Shown here in pieces: positions 1 to 13,320 of a stretch of 64,000 nt of DNA (its first letter is position 1; each line of letters starts with the position of its first letter). The stretch lies in the NCBI GenBank assembly GCA_023213395.1, contig CM041465.1, forward strand, positions 232,693,741-232,757,740, in the 5' to 3' direction. A model generated the notes under the pieces. That model worked only from the letters and a program-made list of their open reading frames with translations. It did not search any database and had not been told where the DNA came from. The DNA is from Cycas panzhihuaensis. Taxonomy: Eukaryota; Plantae; Cycadophyta. Position numbers and translations under genes: made by a program.

Positions 1-707
1 TGCCAATAACATCAAAACAAGAATGAGCCCACAAAAGGAAATCCTACACCAAATAATTTATACTTTCCATTGCTCCAAAAGTATGAAGAGTAATACTTTT
101 ATTAAACTATAAAATCTCCATTTAATGGTGGAGAAAACAACTAGCAAAAGAATGGTCAAGTTACAAAGAATAGATGATACAATTATACCATAAGGGGGGC
201 TCCAACCCTCCAAGTGCTTCCCCAAAGATGCTTCCCAAGTCAAGTGCCTTTCACATTCAAGAACCAAGTCTCCAACCACGTAAATGAGCTTAAGAGGGCT
301 CAATTTTTAGAAAGAAACCCAAATTGCATGTTTAACAAGTGGCAATCATGCAAGTATAACCACTAACAACCAGAATGCATGTTGTCCAAGTGGCATTCAT
401 GCAATTTTGAAAATTTGCGGCTTGTACCTAGGGTTAACGAACTCCAATTCGGCTCAAATTTGGTACACATATAGGTACACATGTCCCCTTCACTTCCTCA
501 AAATTTTAGCTCATTTGGATATCATTTGATCACAGTTTCATTGATTTAATAATAGTATGTATTTTCTGTTTTTCTGTTGGCTGTGAAATCATATTTTTTG
601 AACCCCACCTTTTGCACATGATGTGGGATGTGTCTTCTTCCTTTCCACAAAATTTCATATTAGTTTGACACCATTTGGCCCTATCTCTTTCAGTTATGCC
701 AATGCCG

Positions 708-787
708 AGCATTTTCTGCCTCCTGTAGACATATGGTAGATCCTCCTAGCATTTTCTGCCTCCTATAGACATATGGTAGATCCTCCT
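708..787. repeat. 40-bp tandem duplication
   Basis: AGCATTTTCTGCCTCCT(G/A)TAGACATATGGTAGATCCTCCT at 708-747 and 748-787, one mismatch. Confidence 0.95.
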
Positions 788-899
788 GGATCAGTGGAAG
801 TCTAAGTTTCTTTCCCTTCTTGTTGGCTTTCAAATATGCAGTGAAGTACTTTAGCTACCCATGTCTACTATTTGTCTTGTTGAGCTTTATCTAATGCTA

Positions 900-1122
900 C
901 TTATTTGAAATTCTTAAAACATTACTTTGGTCCTTGGAAGAAGAGAAAAAGGGGTTTAAGTAGGGTGAAATGGGATATCTATTGCAAACCTAAAGAAAAA
1001 AGTGGTTTGGGGGTTATTTGTATTCAAAGTCAAGGTCATGCATTAGGTGCCAAGCAGTGCTACTATAAATGGTGTAACATGGAAATGGAAATAGAATTGA
1101 GGGAATGTTTTATGGTTTCCAC

Positions 1123-1153
<31 letters not shown>

Positions 1154-1155
1154 TA

Positions 1156-1218
<63 letters not shown>

Positions 1219-2400
1219 CATACTATAATATAAAAGAAATACATATTGAATTATGTAACTAAAAATAAAGAAAACATGGTTGAAACATGAAATAGGTGGG
1301 ACATTGATATTATAATATGATTTAAAGAAAAGGGCTGGAAATGGAAAACATATGGGTTGAAAACGATTATAGACCAGAGGAAGCAACTGTAGGTTAGTTG
1401 GAAATAATCGAAAAATGTTTCTAAGCCATTTCCGTCATGTTTTAGTGTTGCCACATTTCAAAAATGTGAAGTTCTGCTATAAAATGACATTCTTGGTAAT
1501 ATTGTTTTTAAGTGGGTAGTGAGAGCTAGGGAAGGAAATGAGGCATGAAAAAATTTGATGAGACATAACATTGGTTGAGGCAAAGTTTTAGGTCATAAGG
1601 GATTTCCCCTTGGTTCTCTTGCTTGTTTGGTCACTCTTGACTCAATCAATGTCCTTAGATCTTCTATCTTTAAGAGCATTTGGAACAGTTGAGAGGCTTG
1701 CAAAAAAATTCTCGGTTGGAAAGGTAGTGAACTAAGGAAAGGCCTCTCAGTTAACGAACACTCTATTTGGTAGTGCCACTTTTTTTTGATGGATAATCAA
1801 TGCCTTGGGCAAATCTCCTTGGCTTGAGGCAAAGTCTTGCCAAAAAAGGCTTTCAACTCATGAAGCGACTTTGACCACATGGAAGGAGACTATATCGCAC
1901 ATCAAACACTCAAACATGCCTAGGGATTAAAAAGCTCTAATAGATCTGTTGAGGAAATATGGAACCTATTCCTTAGAGACCATCAATCTAATACTAAAGG
2001 CCACTTATAAGTAATGGATTGGGTGTGGCATTTGTTCAAGGGGTTTTGTAACTTCTCCACATTTCATATGTACAAGCTTCTTTGCTTTTTTAGTCCCTTG
2101 GTAGAGAGATTGGCCAAGTTTTGGAAATTTGTCAATAAGGAAGCCATTTGGAATATAAGGTTAGAAAGAATATGGAGAGCTCCTTTGGAACCTGAAAAGA
2201 TCTTCTTTGCTTGGCCTTTCATCCATAATGACTTGGCTTTGAAAAAGTAGATTTGCTAATTTTGGAGTCTTGATTTTTCCTACCCACTGTGTGCAAAGGA
2301 GGAAACTTTCATGCACATTTTGATGGTATTTCCTAGCCAAGAGTTCAAGGGCCTGGGTCTCTTGGTTGTTCAATACTTTCTTTACACACTTATAAGTGAG
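900..2400 (+). mobile_element. Degraded L1-type LINE ORF2 remnant (post-RT region and zf-RVT zinc domain)
   Basis: ORF 905 has VKWDIYCKPKEKSGLG, matching the plant L1 W-x-x-(V/I)C-x-PK-x-x-GGLG motif. ORF 2014 has IWNIRLERIWRAPLEPEKIFFAWPFIHNDL followed by a LCAKEETFMHIL segment, typical of zf-RVT. Many stops; boundaries approximate. Confidence 0.65.
1120..1217. repeat. (CA)n(TA)n microsatellite
   Basis: Direct reading; it interrupts the LINE remnant. Confidence 0.97.
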
Positions 2401-2923
2401 AATGCAATTTTATAAAGTGGGCTTATGTACCATGAATCCATCGAGAACTCATTTGTAAATGATTGTATTCAAATATTAGCTTAGGGATTTTCGAGGTTAG
2501 TCCCATTTGTCGATGGCCATTATTGAAGAGAGCAAAGATTTGGCTTTTTCATATTGGACATATTCTTATTATTGAGATATTTGAAATTTATTTTAATTGG
2601 CACTAATGGTGTGAATGCTTGGTTCTGTCGTGATTGATTCTATTTATGCTAAATTTGGAGATTTGGATTCTTGGAGATATGTTCATTCTAATGACAAGTT
2701 TGAAGGGATTCCATTAGGATTCACAACAATTTTAGTGATTTTTATCTAAGATTATTAGGTTTGCAAACCCAACCTAGTTCACAAACCCAATTTTGTCACG
2801 AACTTGATTCTTGGGTTTGTGATGGGGTTTGTCTAAGTGGAGAATTGAGTTTGGTTCAAATTGGCTCAGCCAAATTGGGTTTAATTATGCTAAACCTTGC
2901 GACAAAATCAGGTTTGGATGGCT

Positions 2924-3328
2924 TGTTGATTAGATGTTTTCGAGTTGCCCTAGGAAGAATAGGAAAGGAAGGTCTTGTGACCCAACATTGCCATGCAACC
3001 ATATGAACATGCATTTAACTATGTGTATACATCCAATCATAGAGATAACAAAGTGGAACTAACAAATATAGGTATTCAGATGAATCAATTTGCTATCAAC
3101 ATATCATATGATTATATCAAAATGTGGTACAACCATCAAGTAGAAGAGTGATTCTTGACCCTAACACCCGACTATGCCCTAGAAATATTCCTCACTTTTT
3201 AATATATCACATGAAGTGACCCATCATGATGACCTTTTGCAATGACTTATTATGTTAAACCATAACATATTACATGACAACATTGTTACAAAATACCTCA
3301 ACACGTATAAATATGATATGACCCAACA
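2924..3328 (-). repeat. 3' LTR of element A
   Basis: Homologous to 14064-14590; starts TGTTGAT and ends ACCCAACA; about 120 bp shorter internally than the other LTR. Confidence 0.9.
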
Positions 3329-4371
3329 TCTATCCTCCCCCTTTTAGGCCCAAGTGTCTCACTTGGGAATATATACAAAACTTATATAACAAGGGTAGTT
3401 TGCCATGATGTTGTTTTGTTGCTCTAGAGGAAGGCCATGAGTCATGAGTTCGAGTTGGGGCTACTATTGACCCTAAAGCTTCAGGGTCTAGATTTGCCTT
3501 TCGTCGCCACCTTTGATTTTACAACTCTTGCATATTCTAGTACTTATTCATGGTGTAGTTTATGTTCTTGCATTTCTTCTAACAAGGTGTTGATCTGCAT
3601 GTGACATTGTTGCAATTCTTCTTCCAATCTAGTGATCTTTTGTTTATGAATTTGTTCTTGTTCTTGGATTTTCTTACGTTGGTGTTTCCATTGATTCCAA
3701 CGATGTGCAATATCTCGTGACTAGTGGTCGTTTAGTGTTTGTTTCTTAATAATGGTCTTGTGCTAGTTGAGTTGGATTGTGATTCAAGACCAATTTCCTC
3801 TTCGATTGCTGATGTGGTCATCGAATTAATGTAGTTGATTGATAGCCTGGCAGGTGCCCTTTGATCAGTGAGATGTAAAGATTAACTTAATGTTCGATGG
3901 TCTGGTGAGGCATTAATGCTAGATGAAGAATGCAGAACGATTCAGTGATGATTGGCAACAATCCCTGTGATTATCAGTCTATGTATGTTAGACGATCCTT
4001 AGTTGGCGGTCCACAAATGCGCAAATGTTGGACGATCTTTTATTGATGGTCCATAGATGCTTTAATGTTGGATGATGATGTTTGAATGCTTGACAATCAA
4101 CTATTTTCTGCAGATGTCCTATTGGTGGATGATAGACTATGGGCAAGTGTTGACCGATCAACTTTGATTGACGTTTCGTGTTTTAAATGAACACTCGAGT
4201 GATGATCAATTTTAAGAGGGTGAACTGTTAAGGCAGTGGGTGCTCTGCCATTCGATTTAGCAGTGATGGTAAGTCATTCATCTATGAATTGATGATGATC
4301 CTCGTCAACCGGTCGATCACCTCAGATTAGCCACTGTTGATTGATTTTGTTTTTGCTTTTTCTTTTCTAAC

Positions 4372-4391
4372 AATCAATCTATCTATCTATC

Positions 4392-4443
<52 letters not shown>

Positions 4444-4547
4444 TGTATGCATGCATGCAGGTATTTCTCTTTGCTTCTTTATATTATAAAGTCAATTCAG
4501 TAGGTACGTAGTATTTCTCTTTGCTTCTTTATATTATAAAGTCAATT
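4372..4547. repeat. Compound microsatellite (CAAT/CTAT/TA/TATG/CATG) followed by a 37-bp direct repeat
   Basis: Microsatellite 4372-4459; GTATTTCTCTTTGCTTCTTTATATTATAAAGTCAATT at 4461-4497 and 4511-4547. Confidence 0.92.
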
Positions 4548-4792
4548 TTCTTGTTGTGTTTGTTAGTCATGTTTGTTTTTGCTCTATTATTTAGTTGATC
4601 TTCACATTTTGTGACTAGTCCCTAAACTTCAATCTTGATCGGCCTATTTATATTGGAATAAGTGTTTGTCCTTCCTCAATTGAACTCCTTTTGATAAGTA
4701 ATTTTTTGGCTTGGTTGTGTCCCTATGTTTAAATCGATTTCTGTGATTTCTTGTTTGTACCTGGGAAAATTGACTTTTGTAATAATTGTGTT

Positions 4793-5661
4793 TCAATATG
4801 CCCCTTGATATATTATCCCTATAAATATCAATTTTGTTATATGACGGTGCAAATATTTTGTATTCTTGTTGTTGCTAGTGAAACAAATCGTTGTCAAAAC
4901 GTCATCTTCTAAACAAGGATCCAAATATAAAACACCCTCTAGAGTCTCACATGTATTATCATAATCAAAAGGTACATTTAATGGGTGATGCACATGTGAT
5001 TTTGTTTGGGACTCTGAATCACCTTGATCCTTATTATCCTTATCATTTGAGGAGCTAGAAGTTGTAAGTGCCTCACTTATTATATGATGATTTGTATTTA
5101 TTAGAAATTTCCTACCATTTTGCTTGGTAGTACATGTGTTACGTCCCCAATTTTGAAATACTTGTGCACCATGCAACCACAATCATCCTAATAGGGTATC
5201 ATATGTTGGTGGCATTTCATTTATCGTTGCAATAACTACCAAATCTGTCACAAATGTATGATTTGCAATTTGAATCTTTTGTGCTATTCACATTCCTAAG
5301 GATTGTACTCCATGCTGACCTGTGAGGCTTAACGAAAACCGTGGTGGCCATAAGGTTGGTATTTCCAATCTCTCCCAAGTGATTACTAATATGATGTTAA
5401 ATCCAACTCCTCCATCTTACCACTGTATGTTCTAACTTCCATCCAAGCATTTGCATAGCTAATTTTGTATCTTGGTCAACTTTTATGTCTTTAACATGTC
5501 GTTCATCCTGAGGATTGTCTATGTTGGGGTCATTTTCCATAGCTTTGCAAGTATGAATGTCTTATGCTATGATGGTTGAGCTTTGCAATTGTTCTTTATC
5601 TCTTACTAGATTTTGTTTCATCATTCTATGTTCATCTCTCCTGAACATCTCTTGTGCCCGT
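4793..5661 (-). pseudogene. Element A late Gag and aspartic protease remnant
   Basis: Minus-strand DGGVGFNII near 5390-5420, compared with IVDGGSGVNV in related elements here. ORF 4793-5182 starts with the W-L-x-x-A-x-V-x-Q-N-W protease tail. No RT follows. Confidence 0.7.
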
Positions 5662-6227
5662 TGTTGAGTTGAGCATTAAGCTTTGATACAAAATGTTGAA
5701 GGTGGTATGTGTTCCAATACCACAAAGACAACCTAGGATCTCTTGGAGAGAATGCATGTTAAGAGATTAAGATGATTAGCATCAATCAATAGCACTAGAT
5801 AGACGTGCAACTAAGCAAGTATAAACTCAAGCATATGAAGACAATAGCAATGGAGGAGTAGGAATTGTTACTATCTCCAAATAACAAGATTAACTTGTAT
5901 TTAAATGGGCAACATAACAATATAGTAGCTGACTCTCATCTTCATCTACATGAGAAATGGTCGTAATATATAGAGATGGTCAAAGAACCTTAGAGGGTTG
6001 CATGTTTGACACTTGTCACTTGTCAAACATGCACTCCTTGACTCATGTGCACTCACATGTGCAAAAGTGCATGAGGGGTACATTGACCTTCAAGTTATAA
6101 CATAGTGTCTTTGGAAAGAATGTGGGTGTGTACTTTAGCAGATTAGGTGGTAAAGTACCCTTACATAAAGTACATAACTTTACAATACAAGGTACATGAC
6201 CTAACATTTAAACATAGAGGTCTAACA
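5662..6227 (-). repeat. 3' LTR of Copia B
   Basis: Aligns end to end with 11293-11923 apart from the microsatellite. Confidence 0.92.
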
Positions 6228-6279
6228 CCCGCTCCTATAGTGTTTACAATGCTAAGTTTTATCGAATGTATTACACTAA

Positions 6280-9200
6280 TCAAGAGGTTGCTCCAAATGT
6301 ACGTCTACTGCAGGGTCGTTGTTTATGAACGTGCTCTTCACACCCATCTTATGGATTGGCCATTTGCATTATGTAGCTTGGGCCAATATTAGTTTGACAA
6401 TGTTCGTATTTGTCCTAGGTGTAAAGGTTTCTCCATGGTTAATGCCTTCTTTTTATTTGAATCCTTTGGTCACTAGTCGAGCCTTGTTTTGCTTGATAGA
6501 ATCGTTTGATCAGAATTTGGTTTTCTGTCTCCTTTTGTAGTTGATTGCCTGTTTTCTGTTAGGCAATTTTACCAAATCCCTAGTTCCATTCTTTGCAATA
6601 GAATGGGTTTCCTTATTCATGGCAGCTTGCCACTTTTCATTTTTACAAGTAGCCTCCTCAAAAGTGGAAGGCTCATCAACATAAAGTATTTCAATTGTAA
6701 GTGCATAATTGACTAATTGCTGCCTCATTTTTTATGGATGTTTTCCTTCAAACACTTGTGTATCCTGTACTATTTGAGTATACCATTTGCGTAGCTTCTT
6801 CGTAGTTGTAATTGTGACATTGACATCTTGGGCATGTAATGGTTAAACAACTTCAGAAGGGCAACCAGGTCAAGAGGAGTTGTTGATGATGGTGGAGTTG
6901 AAGTTGACAAAAAAGCAACAGGGGTAGAAGATGAACATGGTGTTGAAGATTGTAAGGGAAGGAAGTCCTCAACAATGTGTTTGCCTTCATTAGGAGGTAG
7001 ATGGATGGATGCTTGCTCCATCTCCTCATTATCCTCAGCAAATATAACATCTCTTGAAATATGCATTTTCTTTGCAATAGGATCATATACTCTATATGCT
7101 TTGTTGCTAATAGAGTAAGCAATGAAAATGCATTTTAGACTTTTATTGCCTAATTTCTTCCTTTGCTATTGGTGAATGTGCATATATGCAGTGCACCCAA
7201 AAGTACGCAAATGGTTAACAATTGGCTTTTTGCCACTCTAAGCCTCCTTCGGTGTCATGTCGGTGTTTGTTGTTGTAGGGCACCTATTGGAGACATAAGC
7301 TGCTATATGAACTGCTTTTTCCCAATAGGATAATGGAAGACCCTTTGCATGTATCATGCCTTTGGCTTTGTTTACTAAAGTCCTATTCATTCTCTTAGCT
7401 ACTCCATTTTGCTGAGGTGTGTATGGAGCAGTGAACTGTCTCTTGATCCCATGATCTTTGAGTAATTGGTTGAAGTCTCTTGAATTAAATTCACATCCAT
7501 TGTTAGATTACAATATTTTAATGGGCAGATTTGATTCATTTTTCACATTAAGTTTAAATTCTTTGAATTTATCCAAAGCTTCAAATTTGTGTTTGATGAA
7601 ATAAACTCAAACTTTATGTGAAAATTCATCAATGAAGGTGGTATAATCTAGTGTGCCTTCAAGAGATGGTGTGGACATGAGTCCACATAAATCTATATGT
7701 ATCAACTACAATGGTTGTGATACATGCCATGCTTTGCCTTTACGAAAAGGCTCTTGATGGTGTTTCTCCATGATACAAGCTTCACAAAGGCATTTAGATG
7801 CTGAGATCTTTGGAAGACCAAACACCATGTTTTTAGTATACAACATTTTGATGTTGTCTAGGTTTAAGTGACCTAGCCTATTGTGCCAAAGTTGTTCCTT
7901 TGTTAGTGATTGAGAGACATATGTTGGTGAAGTGTTAAGTGTAATATTTGAAGCATCGAATTTGTAAAGTCCATGTACTTCATGACCAATTGCAACCACT
8001 TGATCATTTTTCTCAGTGATGGTACATTTTCGGTCTTTAAACAAAACACTCATTTGTTGCCTATCCAATTGGTTAATAGATAGTAAGCTCTTGTGCATTG
8101 ATGGCACCAAGTAAGCATCACCTGTGGGAAATGTAGAAGTCGGGTCATCTGGTGAGTGGAACGAGGCAATTTTTCCCACTTCAGATATCTGAATAGTCTT
8201 GTTATTTTCAAAGGTGACTATTTGCCCTTTTCCTTCTTTAACATCATAGAGCCAATCCTCATCTCTAGTCATATGAGGGGATACTCTTGAATCAACAATC
8301 CATGTGATATCAATGTTTGTGTTATGATAGACACAAAATAACTTATCATTATGATTCACATATTGATTGGTGTGGCGCTGACTGCCATCTCTAAATGCCC
8401 CCCTTCTTTTGTGACCTCAAAATCTACTTCGATTTGGTCTATGAGGGGGCTACTGCTATTGTTGCTACTGTTGACGTTGTTGTTGTTGTTGAGGTTAGTT
8501 TTATTGCATGTCAAACTAATGCTTACGACACTTTGGTTGAATGTTGCCCATTTTGTCACAATAATGGCAAATAATGTTATTGGATTTTGATGTGCCGATA
8601 TTTAGATTCTCAAACAAGTTGTTGAAGTTTTGTTTGGGAGTGTGTTTGTCCTTGTATTTGGTTGTGAACGCTCTTGATGTGGATGTTTCATCCTGACGAG
8701 AGTAGATTTGCTTCTTTTGTAGTAAAAGACTTTCAAGTTGATTGAAAGTCATGGTGCCAAGTGTGCCTCCTTGTGTGATTGATAAAATGAAGTTATTGTA
8801 CTCCTATGGGAATGCATGAATTATGGCAGTCACAAGGTCTTCATTTGATGTTGGTTTGTCCAATGTGGTTAGCTCGCTTGTGCCTCCTTGTGTGATTGAT
8901 GAAATGAAATCATTGTACTCCCATGGAAATGCATGAATTGTGGCAATCACAAGGTCTTCATTTAATGTTGGTTTGTCTAATCTGGTCAGTTCATTGTTGA
9001 TCTCTTTGACTAAAGACAAAAAAGTCATTGTAGGCTCAACAAATTTTAAGGTAAACAACTCTACCTTAGTGATTATAATGCGAGAATAATCACGCCTTTC
9101 ATTCAAGGCAATCAAAGTGTCCTATGCATCCTTTGAAGAAAGAACATTTACAATATTTTGATTAACAAAATTATCAATAGTCACATGAATAAAGGCTAAG

Positions 9201-9420
9201 GCTATTTCATCCTTAGATTCCCATATAGCAACCAAAGTAGGATCATGATGGATTATGACATTGCTATCTGTTGGACTTGTAATGGGAACATATTTTTTGA
9301 CTTAACGTAATACAGAAGTCCAACGCTCATTCATAATAAGCAAATTTTTGCTTGTTATTTCCATGCCTAAAAATTATTTGGTCCAGTTAATTTAATGTGG
9401 CTTGTATTAAGCATGTTTAT
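6280..9420 (-). pseudogene. Copia B gag-pol remnant (Gag, CCHC-like knuckle, protease, GAG-pre-integrase, integrase, N-terminal RT)
   Basis: CHYCDKMGNIQPKC; WIVDSRVSPHMT; LWHNRLGHLN..CEACIMEK; integrase core about 7100-7700; EPSTFEEA..WQAAMNKE; ends at IHKMGVKSTFIN..VHLEQP. Confidence 0.85.
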
Positions 9421-11292
9421 AGTTGTCATTATGTTCAAGTTGTTTAAAAAATATGATTGGGAAACTCTAAACTTTTGCCACTTAAGTTTCATTTACATAT
9501 ACGTCAACAACCTTGATCTTACAAAGAAGATCCAACAACTGAAGAGAGTAATTTTAAAAGTGGAGAGTTAGGTAAATAGTTGGTCTAACTTTGATCTTTG
9601 TAATAGATCTAATAGTTGGCCATTATTAGATTTAGAACAAGCGAGGTAGGGTTGATTTGTACGGACGTATCGTGCTTTCTCTGGAGTTCATAGCTCCAAT
9701 AACACTTTTTTCGAACCTCTTTTCCTTTTAAGATCTCAATTGCTATGCAATGGCCGTATGGTCGGTTGGTCCCTTAAGGAATGTGCCAATTTTCAGATAT
9801 TAGAGACAAGGTTTTAACTTTTTTTGAGTCTCTCCAACAAAGATTTTAAGTATTAAGTGGATTAAAATAAATTGCTTATGAAACATGATGATGCTGCCTT
9901 ACAACTTGCTTGAAAACTTGATATAAATAGCTTCCAAGTAAAGTTGCTTAAGAGCTTAAAAGAACACTTTTGTATGGAACAAAGAGCACTAAAGACTTAA
10001 AAAAGTACAAGTGCTAAATGAAAAGATGCTGCTTGCTTGTAGTGCTTGAAGTGGGTTCTTTCTTTAAGTGTAAAAACAACCGCTTAAAGTACAATTTAAT
10101 TACTTGCACCAAGTAACATGTCATCAATACAATGTTAAGAATTTAAAATAGTTCTATTGCGCTCCAAAAAAGTGATTTTTTGTATTAAAATGAGTGTTTT
10201 TTAGCCCTTTTTAATGACTAGGGCTAAGAAGACAACTCACGGGGAGCCTTAAAATCACTTGTACAATATGAATTAATCACAAAAGGTACAACAATGAGTC
10301 AAATCACTAATTCTGAGTGAGTAACACACTTGCAAATTTTATTGTGTACAAAATTGAAAAAAAAAAATTGAAGTCTTGAGAAATGATGAAATAAGGTTAA
10401 AAACACTTTAAAATAGTAAATTTTAGGAAATAAACTTTATTGAAAAATAGAATCTCCTCATAATATTCAAAAAGACATAACCTAAAGTTACATTATAAAG
10501 TTATAAAAAGGATTTTTTTTGAAAAAATGATCGGGCGGTAGGCGTGGGTGATTTCTGAATGATAGAGATGAATGTATCTCACAAACCAGAGCTCTGATTG
10601 TTGTGAAACTTTAGGCGTAGGATCCTCGAGGGCTGACGAAAATGCAAATCAAATTTCACAGTGTTTGGTGAAGTGTAGAGTGCGTACGTTCCAATTAAGG
10701 GTGACAAAAGGGTGCACGGCCACAGGAGGTTGCACAGACAACCGAGCACCAAAAAATCTTAGAAATTGACGTTGATCATTGAGAAAAGGGTCATTAGGGC
10801 CAAAGATATCTCTAGTACATACCAACACCTAATTTGCAAGCAGAGACAAAGAAAAAATAGTATTATTATTCTCAAAATCATAAAAAAAAAGGACAAAACC
10901 ACCCAATTTTGTGTGCATGCAGTGGCATGGATAAGAGTGACTGAGAGCAGTAGATTTTGACGCGTTTGAAGCCAACAATAGAGAGAAATCTTTAGATTTG
11001 TTGAAGAACCTTGCAAAATAAATTTTTTATTTGCAAAAAAATGAAGAAAAACAGTGATTTCTATGTATTTTCTCTGCTGCACATATAAATTGAGCCTTAG
11101 AAAAAATTTCAAAAATTAAATTTGTTAATTTTTAGCCTGCAAACACGTTGAAATGATGAAAAAATGCAAAAAATAGTGCTAAACATGGACTTGGATTGCC
11201 TTCGAAGAGTGAAGGTCATAACGATGGGTTTGGTGTACTTCACCAATCCTCCAAGTAGCAATTACTCCCCTCCAATTTGCTTCAATACCAAA

Positions 11293-11595
11293 TGTTGAGT
11301 TGAACATTCAACGTTGATATGAAATGTTGAAGGTGGTATGTGCTCTAATACCACAATGACATCCTAGGATCTCTTGGAGAGAGAGTATGCTAAGAGATTA
11401 GGATGATTAGCATTAAATCAATAGCACTAGATAGACATGCAACTAAGCAAGCATAAATTCAAGCATATGAAGACGATAGCAATGGAGGAGTAGGAATTGT
11501 TCTTATCTCCAAATAACAAGATTAGCTTGTATTTAAATGAGCAACATAACAATACAATACCTCACTCTCATTTTCATCTACATGAGAAATAGTTT

Positions 11596-11690
<95 letters not shown>

Positions 11691-11923
11691 AATCTTAGGG
11701 GGTTGCATGTTGGACACTTGTCAAACATGCATGCCTTGACTCGTGCACTCACATGTGAAAAAGTGCGTGAGAGGTACATTGATCCTCAAGTTACAACATT
11801 GTGTCTCTAGAATGAAAGTGGGTGTATACTTTAGCGCATTAGGTGGTGAATCACCCTTACATAAAGTACATAACTTTACAATATAAAGTACATGATTTAA
11901 CATTTAAACATAAAGGTCTAACA
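11293..11923 (-). repeat. 5' LTR of Copia B, containing a (TA)n(GA)n expansion at 11598-11690
   Basis: Homology to 5662-6227; adjacent PBS. Confidence 0.92.
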
Positions 11924-11924
11924 C

Positions 11925-13320
11925 TCAAGTCATCATAGTGTGCATGATAGTTGGATCATATAACAATGAAGTTGCTATCTTTATTTGAACTTCCATTTGT
12001 ACTAATTGATCTATTAGTGTACTTGTTATAGATGATGTTTGACCAAGCCTTTGCATTGGTTGCTTCTGGTTAGAATGTGTAGTTCTCTCGATTTGTTGCA
12101 TCACAAGTGCAGTTGTCATTGTTTGTTGTTGTGCTTGTATAGACTTGATCTTGTTCTAAGCTTCATGAACATGAGTTTTTTCCTCCCTAGGGTTTGGATA
12201 TTCTTGTTTCTTTGCTCTCCTTGTATACACAACGTAAGCTGCTAGAAGTTTGTTGTTGGAAGCCTTTGATCTCTGAATTTCAACCCAGTTCACAAATTTT
12301 TTTTGTTGGGGGTAATGGTTGTCATCATGGTCTTTGGGACTACACCCTTGACACCAAGTTGTGATAACATTATTTTGCTTGCTTGAGCAATCTTTGTTGA
12401 AGTGTACCCATAGTTTGCATTCAAAACACTGGACCATTGGATGTCTTAAGGAATCTCTTGGTACTAGTCTTCTTGTTGGTTGATTCGCTCCAAACCCACA
12501 TCTAAAAGGTCTATTAGGTTCTTGTTTTGTTAAGAAGACATGCTAGTCTTGTTGCCTTCATGCTTGAATGCTAAATCCATATTCCTTTGTGTTGTCGTTA
12601 TTCGCATATGTGATGATATTTTAACACCTGGTGGGCTCGACATTCCATTTTCGTGTGTCCTTCCATTTTGCATTTGACACACCATACTTGTCAACATTCT
12701 TTGGGATGTTGTGTCAAATCCTTCATCATTCTCATCATTCTCACCATGTCTTTGAATAATGCCTTGATAGAAGTGTTTGATTCTTCTTTGTGATCACTTT
12801 CTAGGGTTTTTGTTTGGTGCCATGCTTTTGCCTTTTCTATTTCCAAGCTCATGTCTTGATCAATTGTTCCTTGATAGGATGTGGATGGGACCACATGGAG
12901 ATTTTTTCTATTTTTAGGAAGCAAACCCTCTAAGAACCATCTTTTCCTTAGCCATCGGTAATGTTGCCTTCCATTTCTTTTATTAAAGTTTTTAAATTAG
13001 TGTTGTAACTTCGCATGGTTTCTTTAGCTTCTTGCTTATTTACGACTTCATCGTTGTCCTATAGAAGTTGAAATTCCTTTTGAAATGCCTCGTATAAATT
13101 GCTCCATTGTATAAAATGATCTTCCTTAAATTCTTTTTGTCAATCATTTGTTACATCACACAATGCTATTGGAAAGGCTTGAAGTTAGCGATCTTTACTT
13201 GTTTCTCCATTGGCAATCTAGATTATTTTATACAAATTATAGTGGCATGTTGGATCATTGTTTGTATTTCCACCAAAAGTTGGTAACTTTTGGTTACTGT
13301 TTTTAGGAGCTGCCATGATG
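11925..13320 (-). pseudogene. Element A gag remnant
   Basis: Minus-strand KLPTFGGNTNNDPTCH capsid-type start near 13250-13300; VQCFECKLWVHFNKDC knuckle in ORF 12156-12437; multiple stops. Confidence 0.7.

Larger units (their letters stand above)
5662..11923 (-). mobile_element. Element B: Ty1/Copia LTR retrotransposon, RT truncated and RNase H absent, nested in A
   Basis: LTR pair 5662-6227 and 11293-11923 (TGTTGAG..TCTAACA). PBS, minus TGGTATTGAAGC (tRNA-iMet-like), at 11279-11290. PPT next to 6227. Gag-PR-INT-RT order. TSD degraded (CCCGT vs CTCAA). Confidence 0.88.

Noticed and set aside
1063-1386. ORFs containing CV, HT, YI or LS runs (905 tail, 1063, 11522, 14661)
   Set aside because: These are translations of dinucleotide microsatellites.
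2779-2822. 12-bp inverted repeat TCACAAACCCAA/TTGGGTTTGTGA, possible MITE or hairpin
   Set aside because: No terminal inverted repeats or TSD can be defined; too short to support a call.
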